Positions 25,386 to 35,067 of a DNA stretch of 64,000 nt are shown one piece after another (within the stretch, counting starts at the first letter, position 1; each line of letters opens with the position of its first letter). Made by a program: the position numbers and the translations under genes. The notes beneath the pieces are model-generated. The model did not search any database, had not been told where the DNA came from, and saw only the letters and a program-made list of their open reading frames with translations. Source of the DNA: Candidatus Iainarchaeum sp. (lineage in GTDB: Archaea > Micrarchaeota > Micrarchaeia > Anstonellales > Bilamarchaeaceae). Location: assembly GCA_028686985.1 (NCBI GenBank), contig JAQUBA010000002.1, positions 20,745 through 84,744 on the forward strand. The letters run 5' to 3'.

Positions 25386-26171
25386 ATGAAAGATTTTAAT
25401 AAGCGCAGTATGTTCCCCCCCATAACAGCGATGGTCGAAAAGCCCAGCTGGAAGCAGATATTGATAGAACTTGTCATGACCGAGAAGCTGGATCCCTGGA
25501 ACATAGACCTCGTCACTGTGGCGGACTCGTTCTATTCGCATGTGAAGAAGATGGAGAAGTTTGATTTCCGCATCCCCGCGAACATAATCCTCGCGTGCGC
25601 CATCCTTTTGAAATACAAGAGCAACGCGATACGCCTGTACGATGAGCCGGTTGTTGCGGAGGGGGAGATGCCCGTGGAGGTTGGCGAGGAGCCCATACAG
25701 CCGCTCACGCTCTCGTGGAGGATTCCGCCCAAGAGGCAGATAACGCTCCAGGAACTCGTGGACGAGATGGAGCGCACGATAAAATACGACACCATGGAGA
25801 GGCCCAAAAAGGTGGCGGCGCCCCTCCCCATGCTGGACCTCAAGCTTGACAATTATGATTTGGAGGGCGAGATGGTGCGCCTCATGGGCAGGATGAAGGC
25901 GGGCGCGGACATGGAGGGCATAGTCCTCTTCTCATCCTTGGTCAATGGGGGCGGCTCGGAAGGGGTAATCTCAACCATCACCCCGCTCCTGCACCTCGCG
26001 CAGAGGAAGAGCATACTGTTGCGGCAGGACAAGTTCTTCGGGGAGATTTTCATAAACCTGGGCGAAAGCGGCGAGCACGATGGCGATGGAAAAGCGGGGG
26101 ATGGGAAGGAAGGCAATGGGCATGGGGGGAACGCGCAGGCGGCGCCCGGTCTTCAGCATCCCGTAAGCTGA
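25386..26171 (+). CDS. scpA: Segregation and condensation protein A (kleisin)
   Basis: N-terminal QILIELVMTEKLDPWNIDLVTVADSFYSHV ScpA signature; C-terminal winged helix; Gly/Asp-rich tail. Confidence 0.75.
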   Translation: MKDFNKRSMFPPITAMVEKPSWKQILIELVMTEKLDPWNIDLVTVADSFYSHVKKMEKFDFRIPANIILACAILLKYKSNAIRLYDEPVVAEGEMPVEVGEEPIQPLTLSWRIPPKRQITLQELVDEMERTIKYDTMERPKKVAAPLPMLDLKLDNYDLEGEMVRLMGRMKAGADMEGIVLFSSLVNGGGSEGVISTITPLLHLAQRKSILLRQDKFFGEIFINLGESGEHDGDGKAGDGKEGNGHGGNAQAAPGLQHPVS

Positions 26172-26633
26172 GTGGTTTCCATGGGGGACGAAAAAAAGCT
26201 GATGGAGGCCGCGCTCTTCATAAGCGGGAGGGAGCTCTCGCTCAACGATTTCTGCAAGCTCACCGGCATCGCGGCTCCGGGCCACGTGAAGTCCATGCTG
26301 GACGAATTGAGGGCCGATTACGAGAACGCGGGAAGCCCGCTAGAAATCTGCCAGGTGGGCGACAAGTTCGTGATGCGCGTGCGGGACCAGTACGTGCAGC
26401 GCGTCAAATCCTTCGCGCAGGAGGCGGAGCTTTCGCAGGGCGCGCTGCGCACCCTCTCCTATGTCGCGTCCCATGACGGCGCGCTGAAGTCCGGGCTGGC
26501 GAAGAAAATCGGCCCCGTGATTTACGACGATGTGCGCGAGCTGGTGGAGAAGGGCTTCCTCTCGGCGAAGAGGGAGGGGAGGAGCTCGCGGCTTTTGCTC
26601 ACTGACAAGTTCCACGCCTATTTCGGGAAGTAG
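26172..26633 (+). CDS. scpB: Segregation and condensation protein B
   Basis: 153 aa; LMEAALFISGRELSLNDF ScpB N-terminal signature, two wHTH; directly follows scpA. Confidence 0.75.
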   Translation: MVSMGDEKKLMEAALFISGRELSLNDFCKLTGIAAPGHVKSMLDELRADYENAGSPLEICQVGDKFVMRVRDQYVQRVKSFAQEAELSQGALRTLSYVASHDGALKSGLAKKIGPVIYDDVRELVEKGFLSAKREGRSSRLLLTDKFHAYFGK

Positions 26634-26677
26634 TGTCATATAATGGGTTTTTATTGTTTCTCATGAGATATTCCCAT

Positions 26678-27391
26678 ATGAACGCACGCAGAGACGGATA
26701 CAGGCAGCGTGCACAGGAGCTGATGCTCCCCGCGCTGCTAGAGGCGGCGAAGGACTGCGGCAACGAAATCCATATGCATGAGGTTGTGGAGCAGATAGAG
26801 GTGATTGTGCAAGGCATGCTTGCGGACGGAAGGCGCGATACTGCCTTTGACGCCCTGAAGGCAATGCTTTTGCACCACAACGATTATCTGCGCGGGATTG
26901 CGGCCAGGGCCATGATACTGCTTAACGAGCCAGCATTGGACGGTGCGTTGGCCGATGCCCTGAAAAAAGGGGACGGGTATGTCCTGAATGCGCTCGCATG
27001 CGGCTTAAGGGAGAAGATTACGCTTGAAGTGGTGCGCGAAGGCGGGCAGGACAGTAGGACGCCGGAGGACAGGGAGTTCGATGCCGCATCCTTCTCGCTC
27101 ATGGAACGTTTCAGGAAGCGGCGCGTTGTTTCTTCCAAGGACCTTAGGGGAATAGAGGCGGGGCTGCTGGAGGACGCAGAGAATGACGGCGAAGCTTCCG
27201 CGAAGGACAGGCTGATGCTGCGCAGGAACATACTGCTGCTTGAAAGGGAGTTGTGCGCGCCATGCGCGGCTGGCGGCGGGCTTCAGAGGCGCAGCGGGGC
27301 AGGGCGAGGCGGGCATGCCCCCCCGGGTTGCAAAAACGTGGTGCGCCTGCGCGCCGCAAAACCCGAGGATGCATGGCGCATCCCCCGTTAG
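26678..27391 (+). CDS. Hypothetical alpha-helical protein
   Basis: ORF 26633..27391; no family recognised; start uncertain. Confidence 0.35.
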   Translation: MNARRDGYRQRAQELMLPALLEAAKDCGNEIHMHEVVEQIEVIVQGMLADGRRDTAFDALKAMLLHHNDYLRGIAARAMILLNEPALDGALADALKKGDGYVLNALACGLREKITLEVVREGGQDSRTPEDREFDAASFSLMERFRKRRVVSSKDLRGIEAGLLEDAENDGEASAKDRLMLRRNILLLERELCAPCAAGGGLQRRSGAGRGGHAPPGCKNVVRLRAAKPEDAWRIPR

Positions 27392-27456
27392 TTTAAAAAT
27401 ATATGTGAAGTAAAAACAATATCCGCACAGAAAGATGAAAAAGAGAAAGTGATGAC

Positions 27457-27981
27457 ATGGCACTCAGGCCGGCAAGATGCTTCAGGACGCCTAAGAAACA
27501 GGCATGGACAAGGTTCTCCCAGAAGAGGCCGAGGAAATCCTACATAAAGGCGATGCCGCACAAGGACTTGAACGTATATAGGATGGGCGCCGCAAAGAAG
27601 GATTTTGACTGCACCGCGAACCTCGTGGCGGACATCCCCATAGTCCTCCGCGACAACTCCATAGAGAGTGCGAGGCAGACCGCGAACAAGGAGCTGGAAA
27701 CGAAGCTCGCGGGCAACTATTTCTTCCTGGTGAGGGTTTTTCCGCACAACGTGATCAGGGAAAACAAGATGGTCGCAGGCGCGGGCGCGGACCGTATCCA
27801 GAAGGGCATGAGGCAGGCGTTTGGCAGGCCTACCGACAGGTCGGCCATACTCAAAAAGGGCCAGCCGCTCTTCACGGTTTCAACCTACAAGGCAAACCTG
27901 CCGTTCGTTGAGCGCGCGTTCAGGAAGGCGACCATGAAGCTCTCGGGCAGGTTCAGGCTGGTCCGCGAGGTTGGCGCATGA
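27457..27981 (+). CDS. rpl10e: 50S ribosomal protein L10e (uL16)
   Basis: 174 aa; MALRPARCFRTPKKQAWTRF characteristic N-terminus. Confidence 0.9.
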   Translation: MALRPARCFRTPKKQAWTRFSQKRPRKSYIKAMPHKDLNVYRMGAAKKDFDCTANLVADIPIVLRDNSIESARQTANKELETKLAGNYFFLVRVFPHNVIRENKMVAGAGADRIQKGMRQAFGRPTDRSAILKKGQPLFTVSTYKANLPFVERAFRKATMKLSGRFRLVREVGA

Positions 27982-29687
27982 TAGAAGTAGATGAAGAAAA
28001 TTTCCTTATCGTAACCGACATTGACAGGCTTATGCATCTTGTCGCCACGCAGCGCAGGATTGAGTTGGGAAAGCTGGCGAAGGAGCTTAAGATGAGCCCC
28101 AAAGAGGTGGAGAAGTGGCTCCATATCCTGGAGGACGAGGGGCTGATAACCATAGAGCACAGCCTCACCAAGATTTATGCGGTCTGGGCGGGCGAGGCCT
28201 CGCCGAGGCCTGAAAAGAAACGGGCGGAGAAGCAGGCCACGCGCAGGGAGCAGAAGGTACTCCCGCCCGCAGTTATGGAGGAGAAAGAAGAGGAAGAAGA
28301 GAAAGAGGAGGAGAAGTTCCGCCCCTTCACCACCGAGGAAATCGCGCCGCTGGAGGAGGAGCTGCTGGAATTCAGGGGGCGCGAGGAGAAGCGCGCACCC
28401 AGGCAGCCGGGCCGCGAAGCCCGGAAGCTCGGGACGGATTGGGAACCTGAACCAAGGCGCAGGGAGCCGGAAAGGATGGAAGAAATGCCTGCGCCGCGGA
28501 GGGAGGCGAAGTCGCCCCCCCACAGGGAAGAGAGGCACGGGAAGAAGCCCGCGCCCACGCAGATAAAGGTCAGCGACTACACGAAGCTCCCGCAGGTGGA
28601 GGCCGCGAGCCTCAAGGACAAATTGGACGACTACCTCACGCTAATCAGGGAAAGCAAGAAGGAGCTCAAGGACCTTGAGTCAGAGAAGGAGCGCATGTAC
28701 CGGGAAGGGTACCTGCCGCTTGAGAAAGAGTTTGAGGCGGGGCTTGAGAACATACAGCTCGCAATCCTGGAGAAGGAAAGGAAGATAATGGAGGCCAAGG
28801 AGAAGGCCGCCGGGCTGCCCGAGCAGGTGGAGGAGCTGGAGAAGCTCCAGCGTGCGGTCCGCGAGGTTGAGCAGAAGTCCCGCGCAATCCTTTCCAAGAC
28901 AAAGGGGCAGGTTGAGGGCAAGGCGGACGCGCTTCAGGACGCGTCCGAGGAACTCGGCGAGCAGATTTCCCTCGGAGAGGAGGAGGCCATGCGCGAGCGC
29001 GCGAAGATGTTTGAGCTCAAGGAGCTTCTCGGCTCCATACAGTCCAACGAGGAGAACATACGCGAGGCGATAGAGGGGAACAGGAAGGCCATGGACGAGG
29101 CAAAGTCCAAGATTGAGCAGCTTGAGGACTCGCTGGGCGACGTGGTGGATGCCCGCACGCTCCTCGCAGAGCGCATAGACACGATACAGTCCGGGCTGGA
29201 GAGGAAGATACGGAGCCTGGACGAGCTGAAGAATGACCTGGAGGAGATTGAGCGCGTGGAGGGCTGGTTCAGGGAATACAGCCAGGACTACTCCCGCAAG
29301 CTTGAGGAGATGGAGGCCTACGTCTCCAACAACCAGCAGGAGATAGGCAAGCTCATGGAGGCGGCGGAGCTGGAATACGTCAAGAAATACCTTGAGAAGC
29401 TCTCCGAATCCGAAGACAAGTACCGCGGCAGGCTGCGCCTGCTGGAAGTCCAGGACACCGAGCTTGAGCAGAGGATTTCCGAAGCCAAGGAGCGCATAAG
29501 GCAGCTCCTTTCCGAGAGCACGCGCCTCATGGAGGCGAGCAGGAAGAAGGCCGCGTCCTCAACCTTTGACACTTCGGATGCGAAGAAAAAGATGGGGGTG
29601 AAGGCGGCCGTGCTGGAGGAGAAGTCCAAGGAGAGGAAGGGGCTCTTTGACGCGCTCAGCAAAGGGAAGGACAAGAAGAAGAAATAA
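27978..29687 (+). CDS. Long coiled-coil protein with N-terminal winged-helix-like domain and poly-E/K segments
   Basis: 569 aa; N-term LGKLAKELKMSPKEVEKWLHILEDEGLITIE wHTH-like; remainder heptad-rich E/K/R/L coiled coil; 4-bp overlap with rpl10e. Confidence 0.55.
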   Translation: MIEVDEENFLIVTDIDRLMHLVATQRRIELGKLAKELKMSPKEVEKWLHILEDEGLITIEHSLTKIYAVWAGEASPRPEKKRAEKQATRREQKVLPPAVMEEKEEEEEKEEEKFRPFTTEEIAPLEEELLEFRGREEKRAPRQPGREARKLGTDWEPEPRRREPERMEEMPAPRREAKSPPHREERHGKKPAPTQIKVSDYTKLPQVEAASLKDKLDDYLTLIRESKKELKDLESEKERMYREGYLPLEKEFEAGLENIQLAILEKERKIMEAKEKAAGLPEQVEELEKLQRAVREVEQKSRAILSKTKGQVEGKADALQDASEELGEQISLGEEEAMRERAKMFELKELLGSIQSNEENIREAIEGNRKAMDEAKSKIEQLEDSLGDVVDARTLLAERIDTIQSGLERKIRSLDELKNDLEEIERVEGWFREYSQDYSRKLEEMEAYVSNNQQEIGKLMEAAELEYVKKYLEKLSESEDKYRGRLRLLEVQDTELEQRISEAKERIRQLLSESTRLMEASRKKAASSTFDTSDAKKKMGVKAAVLEEKSKERKGLFDALSKGKDKKKK

Positions 29688-29688
29688 T

Positions 29689-32451
29689 CTAGACTATTCT
29701 TTTCATCCTATTCATCCTTTCCGGTGCCGCTTCAAACCTTCTCTTATGCCTCGTGGGCTTCATGAAATGGTCCCTTTCTATGCGCGCGCCTTTTGCTGCC
29801 GCCCTATCCGCGGTTTCTGTTTGCTGCCGCCCATCCAATTGTTTTAGCGCAGCTCTGATCTCTTTTGCCCTATCCCGGTAACGTGTAGCTACCCTCTCTG
29901 GATTGATGAGTTGCCCCACCAAACAGACCGCCAATACTTTTTTGTATAAACTGTATGCCGCATTGCTGTCCCGGATGATGTCTTGAAACAGCTTATCTGG
30001 AATGGAGAAATCACTATCAGACCTCTTATGTCCCTCATTGTACAATAACAGCAACAGCCTTACCCTATCAGTATACGGCGGTTCCAGTAAACGCAGTAAC
30101 TGGTACTTTGGTTCAGATGCCGCGATGCCCTTGGCCCCTAGCAAAACGCAAAGCATTTCATAATATTCTCTAACGGCACTCAGGGGCCAGTGCTTCCAGT
30201 ACCATCCAGTGGGTTCCCCTAACAACAATATTATCGCATTGTTGAAATCTTCGCCTGATAAACCATATTTTCTCATCAACCTTTCCCGGGTTTCAGGAAC
30301 TTCTTTTCCTGATAACCCCGCTATGGGGCGCCTTTCGCAGAAATTCCTTATCTCGCGCGTGAATCCTTTCCATTCTTCGCCATCCATTCCTGCATGTTTT
30401 GGCAGGCTCAGCGTAATGTTGATTTCGGCAGTAAGCAGCGCCGCCTGCTCTTTTTGTGCAAGCAAGCCAAGATTGTAGATTAGGTCTAAATCAACACCCT
30501 TTTTTGAAAGCAATCGCTTCATGAATCCCCAAAGGTCTTCACCCCCGGTGACCAGTTCTTTAAATATGTTCATCCGGGATATGAAGTCAGGTTTGTCTTC
30601 CAATTCCTCAGTTGCATTACTCACGCGTTTCGCGAATTCCGGGGGCGCTATCTGCCCCTCTAGCTCCCCAAACAAATCCACGAGCCTTCCCGTACATAGT
30701 ATCCCGAATATTATTTCTGCGGCCCTTTTTGGATTCTTCAGCTTAATTATGTTCTCCGAAACAACCCTGAATGCGGACTCATCGTCCATAGACGAAATTG
30801 CTTCAACAAGCATATCCACTCCCGCCTTTCCCCTCTCTGCCAGCATGTGCGCCGCTTTTTTGCCGAAAATTTTTCCTGCCGAGCTAGAGTCCTTAACAAG
30901 CTCCACAAGGGCATTCATATGCCCCGGGTTCCTGCACAACTCCTCAAACGCCACCCTCGCCTCCCAATAGTTTGTTTCGCAGTTACCCCTCACCTTCCCA
31001 AGCAGGGTTTCGGAATCCATTTCGGAAAAGCCGCCGAAAGTCCCGGAATTCTTTTCCACATCAACGAATTCCACCCCATTTGGAAGAACAGCCCCCACAG
31101 AACGTTTTGCAGTCCTGGCGCTTGCCCATCCATAAAGCTCACTAACCTTCCCAACGGCCTCGTACCACTCCCTTTCCCTCGCATCATCTTTGTCCGCTTT
31201 GTTGATTTTTGCAAGCCGGTACCCCGTGGCAATATTTGCAATCAGGAGGCAATCCTCGTAGCTTAACTTCCTGTCCTCAGGAAGCAGCCCATCGCTTCTT
31301 TTCTTTACCGCAAGAGCGGTGGCAAACGCACCGCACAGGGTGTCCCCGGCACCCACAAGGCTGCAGTCATTAGGAAGAGTTATGTCCACCGAAGGGACAA
31401 AACCAGTGGATTTGTCGCCTCCGATGATGCAGGCGCCTTCCCGAGTATGCATGAGCAACGGCACCCCCGTTTTTTCGTAAAGCACGTGCGCAGCCGAATA
31501 TGCATCCTTCTTCCCCTCCCTGCCTTTATCCAAAAAAGCATCCACTTCCTTTATCTTTGCCCTAGCCGCGGCTTCCTTCTTCTTTGAGCCGTCTTTAATT
31601 GCCTCATCAAGTTCTATGATTAGCCCTTTCTTCTTATTGTTGGCTTCCAGTATTTCCTCTTTGTCAGTCCTCACGAGCAGCATTTCAAACAACGTTGCTT
31701 CGTCCTCGTTTATGGAGAGAAGCCCTATTGTTGACAAACCCCCCTTCCCCAGCAATATATCCAGCATCCTATAATTCAGATCCATATCGTCCCCGGACGT
31801 GCAGTCACAGAACAGTTCCGGTATGCGGAGCGTTCCATCTTCACAAAGCCCGAGCACGTCCTTCATGAAATTTGATTTTAGCGAAAGCACGGCAACGATG
31901 TCCGCAGAATTCAACAGGCCAAGCACTTCCTCCCTCTGCCCTTTCGAATAGTCATCCAACCTGAGTTCAGGCTGCTCCCCGGGAAATATGGTGGTATGCC
32001 CCGCTCTCACGAGCAATACGTTCCCCCCCTGCTTCCTAAGTTTTGTGCGGTCGTTCAGCACAAATCCGGTACTGGCGGGAGCTATGCCCCGCTCCGCAGG
32101 GTTATTCACAAGATACTGCGTCACCAGCTCCTGCCTGTCTTTCAGGTAAACCTTCGCAAGTATGCTTACGTCCGCTGCTTCGGTAAGCAAGCCACGAAGT
32201 GCAATGGCCGCATTAGCCCCCAGCAGTGCATGGCCGCCCCCCCTGATGAATGTTCCATACCCGCGTACCCTGTCTTTTTCCCTGCCGGAAAGCTCAAGTA
32301 CAAGGTTTTTCCCCTTCGGCTCGGACAGCCCCACATCTCGTACGATGTCCGGGGCGAATACTATCCTGGCCTGTTCGCCATGTTCCGCCAGCGCATCCAA
32401 TGCGTCCCTGAATTTCAACAGCGCGACCTGCTTAGAAACAGTAGTGTCCAT
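29689..32451 (-). CDS. ADP-dependent sugar kinase (ADP-PFK/GK, ribokinase-like) domain fused to ~470-aa C-terminal helical domain of unknown function
   Basis: 920 aa; N-terminal GGGHALLGANAAIALRGL nucleotide-sugar binding, ...LVGAGDTLCGAFATALAV GXGD catalytic motif at ~res 365; long helical C-terminal extension; locally lower GC. Confidence 0.6.
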   Translation of the reverse strand: MDTTVSKQVALLKFRDALDALAEHGEQARIVFAPDIVRDVGLSEPKGKNLVLELSGREKDRVRGYGTFIRGGGHALLGANAAIALRGLLTEAADVSILAKVYLKDRQELVTQYLVNNPAERGIAPASTGFVLNDRTKLRKQGGNVLLVRAGHTTIFPGEQPELRLDDYSKGQREEVLGLLNSADIVAVLSLKSNFMKDVLGLCEDGTLRIPELFCDCTSGDDMDLNYRMLDILLGKGGLSTIGLLSINEDEATLFEMLLVRTDKEEILEANNKKKGLIIELDEAIKDGSKKKEAAARAKIKEVDAFLDKGREGKKDAYSAAHVLYEKTGVPLLMHTREGACIIGGDKSTGFVPSVDITLPNDCSLVGAGDTLCGAFATALAVKKRSDGLLPEDRKLSYEDCLLIANIATGYRLAKINKADKDDAREREWYEAVGKVSELYGWASARTAKRSVGAVLPNGVEFVDVEKNSGTFGGFSEMDSETLLGKVRGNCETNYWEARVAFEELCRNPGHMNALVELVKDSSSAGKIFGKKAAHMLAERGKAGVDMLVEAISSMDDESAFRVVSENIIKLKNPKRAAEIIFGILCTGRLVDLFGELEGQIAPPEFAKRVSNATEELEDKPDFISRMNIFKELVTGGEDLWGFMKRLLSKKGVDLDLIYNLGLLAQKEQAALLTAEINITLSLPKHAGMDGEEWKGFTREIRNFCERRPIAGLSGKEVPETRERLMRKYGLSGEDFNNAIILLLGEPTGWYWKHWPLSAVREYYEMLCVLLGAKGIAASEPKYQLLRLLEPPYTDRVRLLLLLYNEGHKRSDSDFSIPDKLFQDIIRDSNAAYSLYKKVLAVCLVGQLINPERVATRYRDRAKEIRAALKQLDGRQQTETADRAAAKGARIERDHFMKPTRHKRRFEAAPERMNRMKRIV

Positions 32452-32505
32452 GTTGTACTATTTATGTGGGTAATGGTTAAAAATACACTTAATCCCATCA
32501 AACGC

Positions 32506-32994
32506 TCATTTTTTGGTGCGCGCCTCGTCCACTATCGCCAGCCACGAGTCCCCGATTTTGTAGAAGCAGTTCCCGAACGTCTTGCTCAGGCTTATCCTCA
32601 TGGGGCGGAATTTCCTCTTGCTCTCCACCGCCACTATGGTTTCCCTCTCAACCTTAATCATGCCCACGCGCCTCAATCTCGGAAGCACGCGGTTGTAGAA
32701 CGTCGCTTTGGAGACATTGTTGTCCGAAACAAACTTGCCGATGTCCGCGCCGTCCATGTGCGGCTTAGCCGCAAGCGCATCAAGGAATTTCACCGCAATC
32801 TCGTGGTAGGTTGGCTGGAACTTCTTTGAGAATACGACGTTCACCACGTCCTCCATCTTCCAGAGGTTCCGCGTCAGGCTTTCATTTGAATCCTGGAAAG
32901 GGCGGAATTCCTCCGCGTTGTGCGCCGGGAAGTACAGGGATTCGGAAGAGGGAATTCCCCTTGGTATTTTCTTCTCCCCAGCCATTCCTTTCAC
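32506..32994 (-). CDS. Hypothetical protein (possible wHTH regulator)
   Basis: 162 aa, basic C-terminal half; no confident family. Confidence 0.35.
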   Translation of the reverse strand: MKGMAGEKKIPRGIPSSESLYFPAHNAEEFRPFQDSNESLTRNLWKMEDVVNVVFSKKFQPTYHEIAVKFLDALAAKPHMDGADIGKFVSDNNVSKATFYNRVLPRLRRVGMIKVERETIVAVESKRKFRPMRISLSKTFGNCFYKIGDSWLAIVDEARTKK

Positions 32995-33039
32995 CTGCCA
33001 TTGCTGCTTGCCGTGCCCGGCGCAAAGTGCACCGGGAAC

Positions 33040-33357
33040 TCACACATCCAAGCCGAATATCGAGCCGAAGCCGCCCTCCGCGGCCTCATCCTCCGCCTCC
33101 ATTTTTTTGAGCACGCGCTCCTCCTCGTCCTTCTTTATTTCGCGGAGCAGGGGCTTGAGCCGCTCGCCCGCCTTTTTTATGAACTGCTCGTCCGCGCTAA
33201 TATATAGATATATCGTATCGGCCTTCTCCCCAAGTGTGGCCCCGTCCCTGAGCTTGTAGCCAGCCCGCGCGAAGCTGTCCTGTGCATACGGGTCCGCCTC
33301 AAGGATGGGCGTGAGGTCCTTCTTCTTCTCCGCAGGGAATGCGAACACGATTTTCAT
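33040..33357 (-). CDS. Small hypothetical acidic protein
   Basis: 105 aa; adjacent (1 nt) to upstream membrane gene. Confidence 0.35.
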   Translation of the reverse strand: MKIVFAFPAEKKKDLTPILEADPYAQDSFARAGYKLRDGATLGEKADTIYLYISADEQFIKKAGERLKPLLREIKKDEEERVLKKMEAEDEAAEGGFGSIFGLDV

Positions 33358-34041
33358 TCACTTCACCCTGACCAAAGAATATGCGGGCTCCACGCGCACG
33401 AAGCCCGCGCCCGCGAACCTCTCCTGCACGAGCGCAATTATGCTGTTCAGCGAAACGTATGTTACGCACATGCCGGAAGCGAACAGGCACCTCTCCACAA
33501 GCACGAGCGGGATGAGCGCCCACCACGCGGCCGCCGGCAGCCCGATAAGATACAGGAACGCGATTGAGCCGACCACGTGCGCCTGGAAGGTGGATGCGAG
33601 GCTCCTCATGAAAAGGTTGGACGCGAAGAATGTTGCAACTATGGGAATGAGCCACAGGAAAGCATAGCCCCACGCCTCGGCTCCCACCGGGTTCAGCCAG
33701 AACAGGAGCATGCCCGCGAGCGGGATTGCGATGCCCGCCCATTTCTTCGCCCTCACCATGCCGAAGCACACCGCCGCCGCGGCCACTGTGAAGAGACGTA
33801 TGAAGCTTATCGCATCCCAGGCGAATTTCCCCAGGAACAGTTTTGAGGCGAAATCCACGGCGATGGCGGACAGCGCCCCGATGCCGGGGCCCATTATGCC
33901 TCCGCCCACCGGGCCGGCGAACTGGAACATCGTGAAGCTCTGCTGCTGCGAGCCGACGATGTAAGAAAGGTTCACGGTGGAGAACGCGAAAGACAGCACC
34001 GAGAACAGGACCAGAAATATTCCTAGCTTGAGCTTTTTGTC
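33358..34041 (-). CDS. Multi-pass membrane protein (possible ECF-type substrate-capture/transport component)
   Basis: ~227 aa from MDKKLKLGIF; 6-7 TM helices, Gly-rich GPVGGGIMGPGIGA segment. Confidence 0.4.
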   Translation of the reverse strand, partial: DKKLKLGIFLVLFSVLSFAFSTVNLSYIVGSQQQSFTMFQFAGPVGGGIMGPGIGALSAIAVDFASKLFLGKFAWDAISFIRLFTVAAAAVCFGMVRAKKWAGIAIPLAGMLLFWLNPVGAEAWGYAFLWLIPIVATFFASNLFMRSLASTFQAHVVGSIAFLYLIGLPAAAWWALIPLVLVERCLFASGMCVTYVSLNSIIALVQERFAGAGFVRVEPAYSLVRVK

Positions 34042-34252
34042 CATAATCCCACAAGGGAAATTAAGCAAAGCAAAGTATAAAAGCAATTGCCCCGCGCCGC
34101 GCTTGTGTGAAGGGAAATGGCTGCCTGCGCAATCCTGTGTGAAAAAGTATTTTCCTAGTATTATTTTGCGCTTTACGTGTGTGCGTAGTTTTTAATCAAG
34201 GTCTTTTGTGGAAGGAAGATATATAAACCTTGACTAACGTAATTATGCAGGT

Positions 34253-35056
34253 GTGATTATGCAAAGCACGGGCTCTGTTAGGGAAAGGGGAAGGCAGAAT
34301 TTTGGTCAGCCGGTCACGATGCCCCCGATTGTCGGGGAAGACGGCGTGCAGCGCGAATATGTGTTCCGTGGTGGGACCGCCCAGGCGCAACAGGACATAG
34401 AAGCCATGGCGAGGCAGCTCAACCGCCTCTCCCTCCAGCACGGCGGCATCATACCGCTGTCTGCATTGCCCGGAGAAACCAGGGAGAAATTTGACAGGCT
34501 TGTTTCGGAAGCGGAGGGCACAAGGGTTATGCTGAATGAACGCGCCTACCCATGTCTTGAAGTGAGGGAGACCGGGGGCAGCGTTTCATTCGAGCCGGCC
34601 GCGGTGACGATGGCTCCGGGCGAAGTTATTTCCAGGGATGAATGGCAGACCAGGGTTTCCATGGTGAATTTTGACATACCCGCGGGCACCACGGCCCATG
34701 TTGCATTTGAAGGCGGCCCAAGCGAAGTGCCGATGGGCGGCCGTTTCAGGTTCTATTGGCAGGGCGTGCCTCCGAGGGACCTCGCGGATTTCGTCGCGAG
34801 GGCGGATGACTGCCTGGTCCCGAACAACGATGGCATCTCAGGCACATGGACGGGATTTGACAGCACTGGGAGGATGATTACGCTCAACATCCGTCCGGGT
34901 GAAAACACGCCGACCTCCAGTGACACGCAGGCAGCCATTATTTATAATCTCGCGGTTCTCCTGAACCAGCGCAGTGACCTTGCTGAAATCGCGACCCCGG
35001 TTGGAGACCTTAACCCGTTAAACGTGAGGCCGAGGCCGAGACTGAGGGAACAATAA
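34253..35056 (+). CDS. Hypothetical protein
   Basis: 267 aa, coding-like, no signal peptide recognised. Confidence 0.4.
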   Translation: MIMQSTGSVRERGRQNFGQPVTMPPIVGEDGVQREYVFRGGTAQAQQDIEAMARQLNRLSLQHGGIIPLSALPGETREKFDRLVSEAEGTRVMLNERAYPCLEVRETGGSVSFEPAAVTMAPGEVISRDEWQTRVSMVNFDIPAGTTAHVAFEGGPSEVPMGGRFRFYWQGVPPRDLADFVARADDCLVPNNDGISGTWTGFDSTGRMITLNIRPGENTPTSSDTQAAIIYNLAVLLNQRSDLAEIATPVGDLNPLNVRPRPRLREQ

Positions 35057-35067
35057 TCGGTGTTCTG

